In this document: positions 18,209 to 28,100 of the stretch, one piece after another | Position numbering within the stretch: position 1 is the stretch's first letter | Layout of the letters: every line of letters begins with the position of its first letter | From: a virus | Length of the DNA stretch: 64,000 nucleotides | Direction: 5' to 3' (one strand) | Virus record (IMG/VR): IMGVR_UViG_3300041583_000284 | Coordinates: 308-64,307 of that record | Position numbers and translations under genes: made by a program | Notes under the pieces: generated by a model | What the model was told of the DNA's origin: nothing | The model's input: only the letters and a program-made list of their open reading frames with translations | The model's database searches: none

Positions 18209-20074
18209 ATGCCATTCATCAAGCTGCAGTTCCGCCCGGGCATCAACCGCGAGACCACCGCCTACACGAACGAGGGCGGTTGGATCGACGGCGACAAGAT
18301 CCGGTTCCGCGCAGGGCTCCCCGAGACTATTGGGGGCTGGGAGCGGTACAGCCAGCAAGCCATGCTTGGCGTACCCCGCAGCTTGTTCCCATGGGCAGCG
18401 CTGGACAGCAGCACCTATATCGGGGCGGGGACACAGCTTAAATACTACATCCTTGAGGGCGGTACGCCGAACGACATCACGCCGATCCGGGCAACCACGG
18501 CTGCGGGGGACGCCACGTTTGCGGCCACTAACGGCTCTACCACCCTCGTCGTGTCGGACACCTCCCACGGCGCTGCCGTGAATGATTTTGTCACGTTCTC
18601 CGCCGCCGTATCGCTGGGTGGGGTGGTCACAGCAGCAGTGCTCAACGTGGAGCACCAGATCACCAGCATCGTCGATTCCAACAGCTATCAGATACAGATC
18701 GCCGTCGCCGCAAACGCTTCGGATACCGGGAACGGGGGCGCGGGGACTATTGCTGCCTACCAGCTCACAGTTGGCCTAGATAGCGCAATTCTCGGCAGCG
18801 GGTGGGGCGCGGGGGCGTGGTCTCGCGGCGGGTGGGGCTCTGCAGCGGATGTCAGCATCCCCGGCGCACAGCTGCGGGTATGGAGCCAAGACAACTTCGG
18901 TGGGGACCTGCTTATCTGCCCCCGCGGCGGGGCTATATTCTTGTGGGATACAAGCGCGGGGCTCGCGGCGCGGGCAGTCAACATCGCGGCACTTGTAGGG
19001 TCTTCTGAAGCTCCGACCGTTGCGCAGCAGGTGATCGTATCAGAGCGGGATCGGCACACTATTGCCTTTGGCTGCGACAGTCAGTTCTCGGTGGGGGTTG
19101 CGGACCCCTTGCTGGTCCGCTTTTCCAGTCAAGAAACCTTGCTTGACTGGGATGTCACAAGCGCCACAAACACGGCTGGGGAAATCCGGCTGGGGTCTGG
19201 CTCCAAGTTCCTCACAGCGGTGCAGACCAAGCAGCAGATTGTTATCTTCACTGATATGTCGCTGCACGCCATGCAGTTCATCGGCCCCCCCTTCACGTTT
19301 GGCACTCAAGAAGTGGCAGCGGGCATCTCCCTGATTGGACCCAACGCGGCACTTGCCGTGGGCGATGCCGTGTACTGGATGGGCCTTGGCGACTTCCACA
19401 TATATGACGGCGCGGTGACCCCGCTCCCCTGCGATGTGAAAGAATACGTGTTCAGCAACATCAACCGGATACAGGGCGCCAAGATATGCACGGGGCACAA
19501 CAGCGGCTTTTCAGAAATTTGGTGGTTCTATCCGTCCAGTAATAGCCTGAGCAACGACCGATACGTCGTGTATAACTACGCCCAGAAACTCTGGTATTAC
19601 GGGACTATGGACAGGACCGCGTGGGCGGACACGGGGCTTGTGCAGTACCCTCTGGCCTCGACGAGCGATGGGGAGGTGTACTTCCAAGAGTTCGGTCTGG
19701 ACGATGGGAGTACCAACCCTCCGGTGGCGCTGGCCCCCTACATCGAGTCCAGCGTGGTCGATATGGGCGAGGGCGATCAGTTCATGTTTGCTTCGCGGCT
19801 TATTCCTGACATCACGTTCCGGTCGTCCCCTGACAGCGGGCCCTCGGCTACGATGACGATCTCCGCACGGAACTTCCCGGGCGACGCCTTCAGTGGTGCC
19901 GATGCAAACCCTGTGGTCAAGACGGCCACGCTGCCTGTTGAGAGGTTCACGGACCAGCTCTTCATCCGCATCAGGGGGCGGTCAATGTCTTTGCGGATAG
20001 AGTCCGCACAGGTTGGAACTGCTTGGCGACTGGGCAGTCCCCGGCTTGAAGTCCGCACCGATGGGAGGCGATAA
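18209..20074 (+). CDS. large tail structural protein (tail tubular/nozzle candidate)
   Basis: 621 aa with a CAGGAG RBS, beta-rich. Precedes the putative internal virion protein genes. Assignment by position only. Confidence 0.5.
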   Translation: MPFIKLQFRPGINRETTAYTNEGGWIDGDKIRFRAGLPETIGGWERYSQQAMLGVPRSLFPWAALDSSTYIGAGTQLKYYILEGGTPNDITPIRATTAAGDATFAATNGSTTLVVSDTSHGAAVNDFVTFSAAVSLGGVVTAAVLNVEHQITSIVDSNSYQIQIAVAANASDTGNGGAGTIAAYQLTVGLDSAILGSGWGAGAWSRGGWGSAADVSIPGAQLRVWSQDNFGGDLLICPRGGAIFLWDTSAGLAARAVNIAALVGSSEAPTVAQQVIVSERDRHTIAFGCDSQFSVGVADPLLVRFSSQETLLDWDVTSATNTAGEIRLGSGSKFLTAVQTKQQIVIFTDMSLHAMQFIGPPFTFGTQEVAAGISLIGPNAALAVGDAVYWMGLGDFHIYDGAVTPLPCDVKEYVFSNINRIQGAKICTGHNSGFSEIWWFYPSSNSLSNDRYVVYNYAQKLWYYGTMDRTAWADTGLVQYPLASTSDGEVYFQEFGLDDGSTNPPVALAPYIESSVVDMGEGDQFMFASRLIPDITFRSSPDSGPSATMTISARNFPGDAFSGADANPVVKTATLPVERFTDQLFIRIRGRSMSLRIESAQVGTAWRLGSPRLEVRTDGRR

Positions 20075-20325
20075 TGGCGTCCACTAACCCAGCACCGTTT
20101 TTTGCGGCACCCCCGGCGGCGTACGACCAGCGGTACTTTGCACAGGTCACACGTGCGTTTTCTGTGTTCGTACAGCAGACTAGAAACCCCGGGCCGAATG
20201 TGGCGTCCACGTTGCGCCTGACCAATCTGGCTGTCCATGCAGACAACGCCGCCGCCGTTGCTGGGGGCCTGTCTGTGGACGACGTTTACAAGACCGCGAC
20301 GGGCGAGCTCCGCATCGTGGTGTGA
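20074..20325 (+). CDS. hypothetical protein
   Basis: 83 aa, TAATG-coupled to the previous ORF. Confidence 0.5.
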   Translation: MASTNPAPFFAAPPAAYDQRYFAQVTRAFSVFVQQTRNPGPNVASTLRLTNLAVHADNAAAVAGGLSVDDVYKTATGELRIVV

Positions 20326-20381
20326 CCTAGCATTTCTCGTAGGATCTTGCTATTCTGCGCGCAGCCTTCAGGAGATAACCC

Positions 20382-21533
20382 ATGGTACTGCCCCTTCTAT
20401 TTTCCTTCCTCGCCCCGCAGCTGCTCGCTGGGACCGGTATGTCGGCCCTCGCCGCAAGTGCGCTCGGTGCGGGTGTGGGGGGCGCTGTGCAGACAGGAGA
20501 CCTCGAGAAGGGCCTGCTCACTGGGCTTGGGGCGTTCGCCGGCGGATCGCTGCTGGGCCCTCTCATGGGCGGAGGTGCGGAGGCGGCGGCGCTGCAGCCG
20601 GGACAGGTGGCCACAGGCACGGGCAGTAACGCCGCGACAGCGCTTGCACCGGGTAACCCGGGGATCACAGGGCTGCCACAAGCTGCGCTGCTGCCTCCGC
20701 CAGCTGCTCCATCAGGCATGTTTGGCAATATGATCGGGGATGCCAAGGCGTTTGCGATGTCCCCAACGGGCATGGGTGCAGGCCTTGGTGCTATGGTGGG
20801 CCCAGAGCTCTCAGGCCTGTTCAAGGGCAAAGACGATGGCAAGAAGACCAGCAAGTACGCAAACACTGAGATGTCACCGATCCCGAGGATACCCACGATG
20901 CCCGGTGCAGATTACCAGCCCGGCGTTTCTGGGGAGTTCAACTACGGGGTCGGCACGCCCCAGTCCGCGGGGGACATCATTGATTATAACCAGAAGAGAA
21001 ACCGCTTCGCCGATGGGGGCATGATCCAGCGGTTCGCGAACCCCAACATGCCGGGCCTTGGCCCCGTCCGTCTTGCGAGCGGGGGTATCGTTGCCTTGGC
21101 CGAGGGCGGCGAGATGCCCCAGCAAGCGCCAAACGAGCGAGAGATCGTATCGGGAGCCGTCGCTGCTATCAAGGGCAACTCAGCCCAGCCCGAAGCGGCC
21201 CTCGGCCTGTTCCTTGCCACCTACGGGGAAGAAGCCCTCCGCGACCTTGTGGATAAGGTGCAGTCTGGCGCAGTGGACGAGACCGCCGAGAGGTTCCGCA
21301 GCGGAGAGAACGGCGAAGTCCGAGGCGTTGGCGATGGCTCTGGCACAGATGACAAGGTGCCCGCACGGATGGCTGACGGCTCTGGCGATGTGTTGTTGTC
21401 CGACGGGGAGTTCGTGATGCGCAAAGATGCCTCCGATTCTCTGGAAAAGCAGTTCGGAGACGGCTTCCTTGATGAGGTCAACGACGCCGGGCCCGGGGCC
21501 GGAAACGCCGCGAAGCGCCGGGTGGCCGCATGA
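20382..21533 (+). CDS. putative internal virion protein (hydrophobic Gly/Ala-rich N-terminal region)
   Basis: 383 aa with a CAGGAG RBS. N-terminal MVLPLLFSFLAPQLLAGTGMSALAASALGAGVGGAV is hydrophobic. Confidence 0.45.
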   Translation: MVLPLLFSFLAPQLLAGTGMSALAASALGAGVGGAVQTGDLEKGLLTGLGAFAGGSLLGPLMGGGAEAAALQPGQVATGTGSNAATALAPGNPGITGLPQAALLPPPAAPSGMFGNMIGDAKAFAMSPTGMGAGLGAMVGPELSGLFKGKDDGKKTSKYANTEMSPIPRIPTMPGADYQPGVSGEFNYGVGTPQSAGDIIDYNQKRNRFADGGMIQRFANPNMPGLGPVRLASGGIVALAEGGEMPQQAPNEREIVSGAVAAIKGNSAQPEAALGLFLATYGEEALRDLVDKVQSGAVDETAERFRSGENGEVRGVGDGSGTDDKVPARMADGSGDVLLSDGEFVMRKDASDSLEKQFGDGFLDEVNDAGPGAGNAAKRRVAA

Positions 21534-21958
21534 GCGAGGTCCAGTGCCTCGCTGTGCACCGTGAGCACCTCGCTCACATCTGGCCTGTGGTTGAGCCTAT
21601 GCTTGCAAAGGCAGTGCTCACCGCCCCGGACAAGGTCGCAGTCGATGACATCCTAGCAGGGGCGCATGCGGGGGCATACGTGATATGGGTTGTCACAGTG
21701 GACGGCACTATCACAGCGGCGATCACCTCACGGGTTATTGAGTACCCCCTGCGACGCGCCATGGCCCTCGACTGGATCGGGGGCACCCGCATGAAGGTAT
21801 GGTTCGGTCTGGCGATGCGTGTTATGAAAGAGCATGCCGCCCGCAACGACTGCGCGCACATGGAAGGCTACGGCCGCGAGGCTTGGATGCGGTGGCTTGG
21901 CAAAGAGGGTTGGCGCCCGGAGTACGTGGCGTTCAGGATGGAGCTAGACAATGGGTAA
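21530..21958 (+). CDS. hypothetical protein
   Basis: 142 aa, ATGA-coupled. Acetyltransferase-like size, but no motif confirmed. Confidence 0.45.
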   Translation: MSEVQCLAVHREHLAHIWPVVEPMLAKAVLTAPDKVAVDDILAGAHAGAYVIWVVTVDGTITAAITSRVIEYPLRRAMALDWIGGTRMKVWFGLAMRVMKEHAARNDCAHMEGYGREAWMRWLGKEGWRPEYVAFRMELDNG

Positions 21959-22970
21959 AGGTGGCGGCAATACCACTTCAACAGTTACGCAGCAAAACAT
22001 CCCTGATGAGTTCAAGCCGTATTTCGAGCGGATGCTCATCCGGGGCGAAGCCGCGTCCCAAGAGCCCTACACCCCCTATGGGGGCCAGCGCTTGGCTGGG
22101 CAGACCGGTGACACACTTGCCTCGCAGCAGATGGTGCGTGACATCGCCTCCAACCCACAGCCGGGGCTGGATCTTGCAACAGGCATGACGGCGAACAACG
22201 CGCTCTCCGCGCAGGGGATGTCGGGCCAGCCTAACGCCCAGTTCTCAGAGTTCGGGTTCTCTCCCGTGCAGCAGTTCTCCGGGGACGCTGTGCAGCAATA
22301 CATGAACCCGTACATGCAGAACGTGGTGGACATCCAGAAGCAGCAGGCTGCCTCGGACTACCAGATCGCGCAGCAGTCTCGGAACGCCGGGGCTATCCAA
22401 GCAGGGGCCTTTGGGGGCTCGCGGCAGGCCGTTGGCGAAGCTATGGCCGAACGAGACCTGCTGACCCGCACCGGGCAGATACAGGCGGAGGGGCTGTCAA
22501 ACGCCTACACCGACGCCCAACGGATGTTCGAGGCTGACCGCAACGCAGGGTTCATGACCCAGCAAGCGCAGGCTGGGGAGCTTGGGCGCGTGCAAGGTGC
22601 GCGGGCAGGTGAGGGTCTATCCCGCGATCAGTTCGGGCTCGACGCTCTCGCGCAGTCCAGCGGTATGGCCCAGCAGCTCGCAGGGCTGTCAGAGCAGGCA
22701 CGGTCTGGCGATATTCAAGCAGCGCAGCTGCTCGAGGTCATGGGTCGGTCCAATGAGGCACGCAGTCAGGCAGGCATGGACATTGCCTATCAGGACTTCT
22801 TGCGCCAACAAGGCTACCCGATGGAGCAGCTGCAGCAGTTCTCGGCCATGATTAACGGGCTCCCCGTGCAACCAGCGGGCACCACGAGCACACAGACGCC
22901 CTACAACCCCGTGCAGCAGGCGCTGGGCATGGGTATTTCGGCCCTCGGCCTCTACAAAGGGATGCAGTGA
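21951..22970 (+). CDS. putative internal virion protein (Gln-rich)
   Basis: 339-aa ORF in the operon between tail and giant-protein genes. Confidence 0.45.
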   Translation: MGKGGGNTTSTVTQQNIPDEFKPYFERMLIRGEAASQEPYTPYGGQRLAGQTGDTLASQQMVRDIASNPQPGLDLATGMTANNALSAQGMSGQPNAQFSEFGFSPVQQFSGDAVQQYMNPYMQNVVDIQKQQAASDYQIAQQSRNAGAIQAGAFGGSRQAVGEAMAERDLLTRTGQIQAEGLSNAYTDAQRMFEADRNAGFMTQQAQAGELGRVQGARAGEGLSRDQFGLDALAQSSGMAQQLAGLSEQARSGDIQAAQLLEVMGRSNEARSQAGMDIAYQDFLRQQGYPMEQLQQFSAMINGLPVQPAGTTSTQTPYNPVQQALGMGISALGLYKGMQ

Positions 22971-25147
22971 TGAATATCCTCGACCAGCAGGATAAACTCA
23001 AAGGGCTGTCCGAGCAGCAGCTCGTGTCCGAGATGCAGATGCCCACGGGCCAGATGCCACAGTTCCTTGTGTTGTCGGAGATCACCCGGCGCAAAGGGCT
23101 GCGCGATGAGATGGCGGCACGCGAGCAGCGGGGGCCCCAGTCTACCGTGGCCGAGGAGGCCGTCGCTGCTGCAGGTATGCCCCAGCAGGGTCTGGGCCGT
23201 ATGGCCGCAGCCATGGCACCGAAGTCTGACGTTGTTGGCAACACTGGCATCGCCAGCCTGCCACAAGCCCCGCAAGCCATGGCCGAAGGCGGCCGGGTCG
23301 GCGGGCAAACTTATGACGTGCCTCCGACAGCATATCTTCGGGACCCCGCGGTGCAGGCGCTCGCCGCTCGCATGGGTATCCGCCCCGCACAGATGTGGGA
23401 CCAGATGTCCGAGGGCCAACGGGCAAGCGAAGTCGCGCGTCTCGCAGCGCAGGACAACAACGCGTCGGGCCCCGTTACCCGCGAGGACTTCGTTGCAGGG
23501 CTCACGCAGATGGGGAGCGGGGTAAACCCCAGCTACGACCCTGTCGCCACGGAACAAGGCACCCGTGCAGACTTCATCATGCCCTCACAGGGAGACATGG
23601 ATCGCCGGTTCAGCGAGACTGTCGTGCCCCGGGGGTTCCCACCGAACCTCAGCCCACAGCCTGCGTCCACCGGGTTTGGTGTGCAGCTGCCCTCCATGCA
23701 GGACGCCCCGGGGGTGTTTGGCGCTCCGCAAGCACCGGGAGTCGATATTGACCTTGACCTGACGGGGCCAGCCTTCGAGCAGCAGGGCCGTAGCCCAGCT
23801 ATGCCCGCGTCGTTCCCCTTCAACCCAGACGCTGCGGCGATGGCCTTGGGGCGGACAGACTTTGCACCGAACATGCTGCAGGCGTCCCAAGCGGGCTTGG
23901 AAGAAGACCGCGCCGCGCGCAAAGATTTTGGCGCGAAAACCGATGCCGCTGTGCGCAACTTCCTTTTTCCGGGCCCAGACCCGGCCGTCGCCGCGCGTCT
24001 TGCAGAAATCACAGCTGCAAACCCTCCTGCTGTCAAAGACTACAGCGCGATGACCCCCAACCAGCTGCGGGCTGCGATGCTCGCCGCGGAGACCCCCAGC
24101 CTTGGGGAAGGGTTAGGTGCCCTAGCAGGACGCGGGGCCGGGGGTATTCGCAACGCAGGCGAGGTTGTCCAAGGCGGGCTGGGCACCTTAGCAGCGAGAT
24201 TGGGCTTCCCTGATGCGGGGGCGTTCATGTTCGACCAAGCTGACAAGACTGCGAGTCTGAGCGCGCAGCGTGCAGGGGAGTCGGTCGAAGCTGCGGCTGC
24301 CAGAGCGGCAAAAGTGGCGGAGATAGGAGCAGCAAGCACGGGTCTGGCACCCGTGTCACCTGTGCAAGACCTCCAGCGTAGGCCTGAGCCGAGACCAGAC
24401 CCCGCAGCCTTAGAGGCCGCGATACAAACCCGCGTAGCAAATGAGGCAGCTGCTGCGCCCGCGGTTACGCCTCCGGCCCCTGCGGTTACGCCGCCGGTTC
24501 CAGATACGGCGACGGACCCTGTGGCAGACCCTGCTGCCGCCCCAACAGCCAACCCTGCTATTGCCGCGGGCGCTGGTGGGTCAGGTGGGTCAGGTGGGTC
24601 AGGCGGATCAGGCGGCGCGGCTGCCACAGGCGGCATGTCTTCCTACGAGCAGGAGCTTACCAACGCCATCACCCGTGGCGAGAAGCGCGCGCAGCAGGAC
24701 AAGTGGCTGGCACTGGCACAGGCTGGTATGGCCCTCATGTCGTCCAAAGAGCCAACGCTCGGTGGCGCCCTCGGCGAAGCTGGGGCCACAGGGCTTGCTG
24801 CGTTCCGCGGCAGCCGCGACTCCGCAGAAGAAAGCCGCATGAAACTGCTAGAGCAGCAGTTCGGTGTGCAGATGACCCGTCAGCAGATGGCCATGGCACA
24901 AGCCAAGGCAGCGAGAGGCGGTGGCGGCAGTGGCGGGTTGACCCCACTTCAGCTGATTAAATTGCAGCAGGACGAGCAAAAAACCCTCCTATCCGAGATT
25001 GAGGTGTTGAGCGGTATGGCGGGGGACTTCAATTTGACAGAGGCCCAGCGTATGCAGGCAACCGAGGCTATGCGAGTCAGGATGGACCGCGCGTTCGGAG
25101 GGGCGTCCGTCGCCGCTGACCGCCGTGACTCCATGGCTATCCCTTAG
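22967..25147 (+). CDS. putative internal virion protein
   Basis: 726 aa, ATGA-coupled. Pro/Ala-rich linkers and a (GGS)n tract. Confidence 0.45.
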   Translation: MMNILDQQDKLKGLSEQQLVSEMQMPTGQMPQFLVLSEITRRKGLRDEMAAREQRGPQSTVAEEAVAAAGMPQQGLGRMAAAMAPKSDVVGNTGIASLPQAPQAMAEGGRVGGQTYDVPPTAYLRDPAVQALAARMGIRPAQMWDQMSEGQRASEVARLAAQDNNASGPVTREDFVAGLTQMGSGVNPSYDPVATEQGTRADFIMPSQGDMDRRFSETVVPRGFPPNLSPQPASTGFGVQLPSMQDAPGVFGAPQAPGVDIDLDLTGPAFEQQGRSPAMPASFPFNPDAAAMALGRTDFAPNMLQASQAGLEEDRAARKDFGAKTDAAVRNFLFPGPDPAVAARLAEITAANPPAVKDYSAMTPNQLRAAMLAAETPSLGEGLGALAGRGAGGIRNAGEVVQGGLGTLAARLGFPDAGAFMFDQADKTASLSAQRAGESVEAAAARAAKVAEIGAASTGLAPVSPVQDLQRRPEPRPDPAALEAAIQTRVANEAAAAPAVTPPAPAVTPPVPDTATDPVADPAAAPTANPAIAAGAGGSGGSGGSGGSGGAAATGGMSSYEQELTNAITRGEKRAQQDKWLALAQAGMALMSSKEPTLGGALGEAGATGLAAFRGSRDSAEESRMKLLEQQFGVQMTRQQMAMAQAKAARGGGGSGGLTPLQLIKLQQDEQKTLLSEIEVLSGMAGDFNLTEAQRMQATEAMRVRMDRAFGGASVAADRRDSMAIP

Positions 25148-25161
25148 CCGCAAATAGCGTA

Positions 25162-25190
25162 TACTGCGCCCTAACCATGGAGGCGCAGTA
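25162..25190 (+). promoter_or_regulatory. stem-loop occluding the RBS and start codon of the giant gene
   Basis: TACTGCGCC (25162-25170) pairs with GGCGCAGTA (25182-25190). The GGAGG RBS (25079 offset: 25179-25183) and the A of the ATG (25190) fall in the loop and 3-prime arm. Confidence 0.4.
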
Positions 25191-28100
25191 TGGCTATTCT
25201 CACCATCCCCGGGCAGTTCAGCGGGAAAAACTACACTGTGAACATCCCCGGCGAGACGCCGTCGGTCGATGAGCAAAACAAAATTGATGCTTTTGTTCGC
25301 CAGCGGGAATCTGATTTTCTCGCAGAGTACGAGCAGGTTTACGGCAAGCCCTTGGATACGGGCGAAGGCTCGGGCTTCGGCAACTATCTTGGCGAGATAC
25401 CCAAAGGTCTGGCCCGGGGTGCCGTTGGCATGCTGGAGACTGGCGCGCTCGGCGCTGCTGCCTTGCTGCCTGAGCGCTTCGAGGACCCGACGCGGGAGTT
25501 TATTCGTGGCACGGCCTACAACCTTAAACCCCAGACAGACATTGGCCTCGAAGACAGCCTCGTGGGCAAGCTCTCGGAAGGTGTGGGTTCTTTCGCGGGC
25601 ATCCTTGCTGCTGGTGCGATTAACCCCGCAGCGGCCGTGGCCTTGGCTGGCGCAGCGGGTTCCGGGGAAGCCTCGGAGCGGGCCCGTGCCAAAGATGCAA
25701 CAGAAGAAGAGCGCACCCTCGCTGCGGCACTGGGCCTCGTCCCCGGCATGTTCGACTACATCCCTGTCGCGCGAATTTTTAACCGGCTAGGGGCCACGAG
25801 AACACGGGGCCTGAAAGCCTCGTTGGGCCGCATCCTCCAGCAGAGCGGCGAGGAAGCCTTGCAGGAAGCCGCGCAGGAAGTGGCGCAGAACCTCATTGCG
25901 CAGGGCGTCTACGACCCTGACCAAGACGCACTTGGTGGCGTTGGCGAGGCGGCAGCACTTGGCGGCGGTGTTGGTGCTATCGTGCAGGGGCTCGTAGAGC
26001 TTGTACTCCCCGGCAGACGGCGCGGTGCCGCGACAGGCACTGAGGCAGGAGAGAGCGCGGATGCAGGCACTGAGGCCGGAGAGAGTGCGGATGCAGAGCC
26101 GTTCGACGATGCGGACATGCTTTTTCCCCCGGGGATGGAGATGCGCCCCGCCATCACAGGCGACGCCTTCGCGGCGCTCACACAGCAGCAGCAAGCCCAA
26201 GAGACTGCGTTCGCACAGGCTGAAAAGTTTGTGGTGCAGAAGCAGATCTTGGCAGACGCTGCCAACGGCATGTCTACGGCCGATAGCGCCAAGAAGCGGC
26301 GGGATACGATCAAAAACCTGACCGCAGGTGTTGAAAAGGGGGCTCAACTCGGGGTCCTGACTGATTTCGTGCAGCAAGTGCGCAACCGCATTGGTGTCCC
26401 TGTTGTGAGGCCCGAGCCCGAGTTCTCCGCAGACGACCAACTAAAGCTAGACAAGTGGCGGGCTTCGACGAAAGCGTTTCTCGACGCTGGGAAAAAGGCG
26501 GGCCCCGAAATGGTCCCTACGCCAGTAAGCGGGACGCAACTCACCGCAAAACAAAAGAAAGCTGCGGAGGCAGCTGCGAGGAAGGCTGCGAAGGAAGCTG
26601 CTGCGGGCGTAGTGCCCCCTGCTGCCGCTGTGGAGCCTGTTGCCACTGCTGATGCAGGCCCCCCTGCCGCCATTGCTGATCTGTTCGCTCCCGCCGCCAC
26701 TGCGGAGCCTGTCGTCACACCTGCCGCCGCCACTGCTGATCTGTTCGCTCCCGCCGCCGCTGCGCCGGTTATCGCTTCGGCTGATGCTGTCGCTGCTGCA
26801 CCCGTAGGTGCGCCTGTCGTCGCTACGCCCCCTGCCGGCGAAACCCTGTTCACCCCAGAGTTTGTGCAGTCGCTCGGATTTTCTAAGGGGTCGCCTGTCA
26901 CAAAGGCTGCGACAGCTCCTGCGGGAGTCCTCGCGGGCAAACCCTTGTCTGACCCTGCGGTGCAAAAACGACTGAAGGAGCTGTTGGCCAACGCTCAGGT
27001 GCCGTCCGCGAACAAAGCCGCGATCCGCGCTGCGATGGCTCCTGCACCTTCAGCTGCTCCTGTGCTCGATCCTGCACCCACGGCTTCTGTGGCCGAGACG
27101 CCTGCACCCACTGCGTCCGTGGCCGAGCGCGAGCCTATGCGTGGGGCGATCCCCGGCGAGGTGTCGGGTACAGCAGGACAGAACATCGCCCAAGGGGTCC
27201 GCGGAGTAGCGTCTTCCCCGGCACCATCAGTTGTGACCCCCACAGCGGCGGCAAACCCGAATGACAGCAAGGCGCTGGGCGAGCAGATCGCGGCCTATGT
27301 GCGCAGCACGCTGCCGCAAGAGCAGCAGGACTTCCTCTACGCGGGAGGAGCTGGGTTTATCGGGGTGGACTCTACGGATGCCACAGATAAGAGCCTCATT
27401 CTTGCGCTGCTCGCGCAGGGTGGAGCCAAGACCCCAGAGGAGAAGGCCGCGAAGAAGTTCTTCTCAAAGTTTACCAACCCCACAGAAGCCTTGGAGGAGA
27501 TCGCTGCGCAATCGGTGCTGTCCCCAAAAACCTTTGACAAGCGCGGCGACTCTGCTGAGGCTTCCGCGTTCTACGCAGGGATGGGTAGTGATGCTGCTGT
27601 TCTGGCAGGCAAGTGGGCGCTCACCCGCGTGTCCGCCCCGGCGCGCGCTGCGTTCCGCAAGGCTCGGCAAGATGCCCGGTCTGCGAAGGCCCGCCTCTAT
27701 GTGCAGAGCACCGCTGGCCAAGACCCGGTGACCACCCCACTGACAGCAGTCAATACGGAAGCCCCCACCGCAGAAGAAAAGGCAGCTGGGGAGGCAGCGT
27801 TCGCTGCGCCGATCACGCCTGAAGAGCGAGCCGGGTGGGCGACTGGAGTCGCAGAGGCGGCAGAAGCTACCAAAGCCGAACAAAACCTTCTTCGGGCAGA
27901 GCGGGCCGCCGCCCTTGCGCGACGCGACGCCGAACCTGCAGCGATCAAGCGGGCAGGGCTGGCTCTTCTCCGGGCCCAGCGGGAAGCTGCGATGACCCCA
28001 GAAGAGCGTAATGCCCGGGCTCAACGGGACATGGCGAAGCGTGCGGCTGTGAGTGCAGAGCAAGACCTTGAGAATGCGGTAGACATTATCATGCGGACCC

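Noticed and set aside
21530-21958. GNAT acetyltransferase call for the 142-aa ORF.
   Set aside because: The size and position are suggestive, but I could not locate the Q/R-x-x-G-x-G/A acetyl-CoA motif, so no functional call is made.
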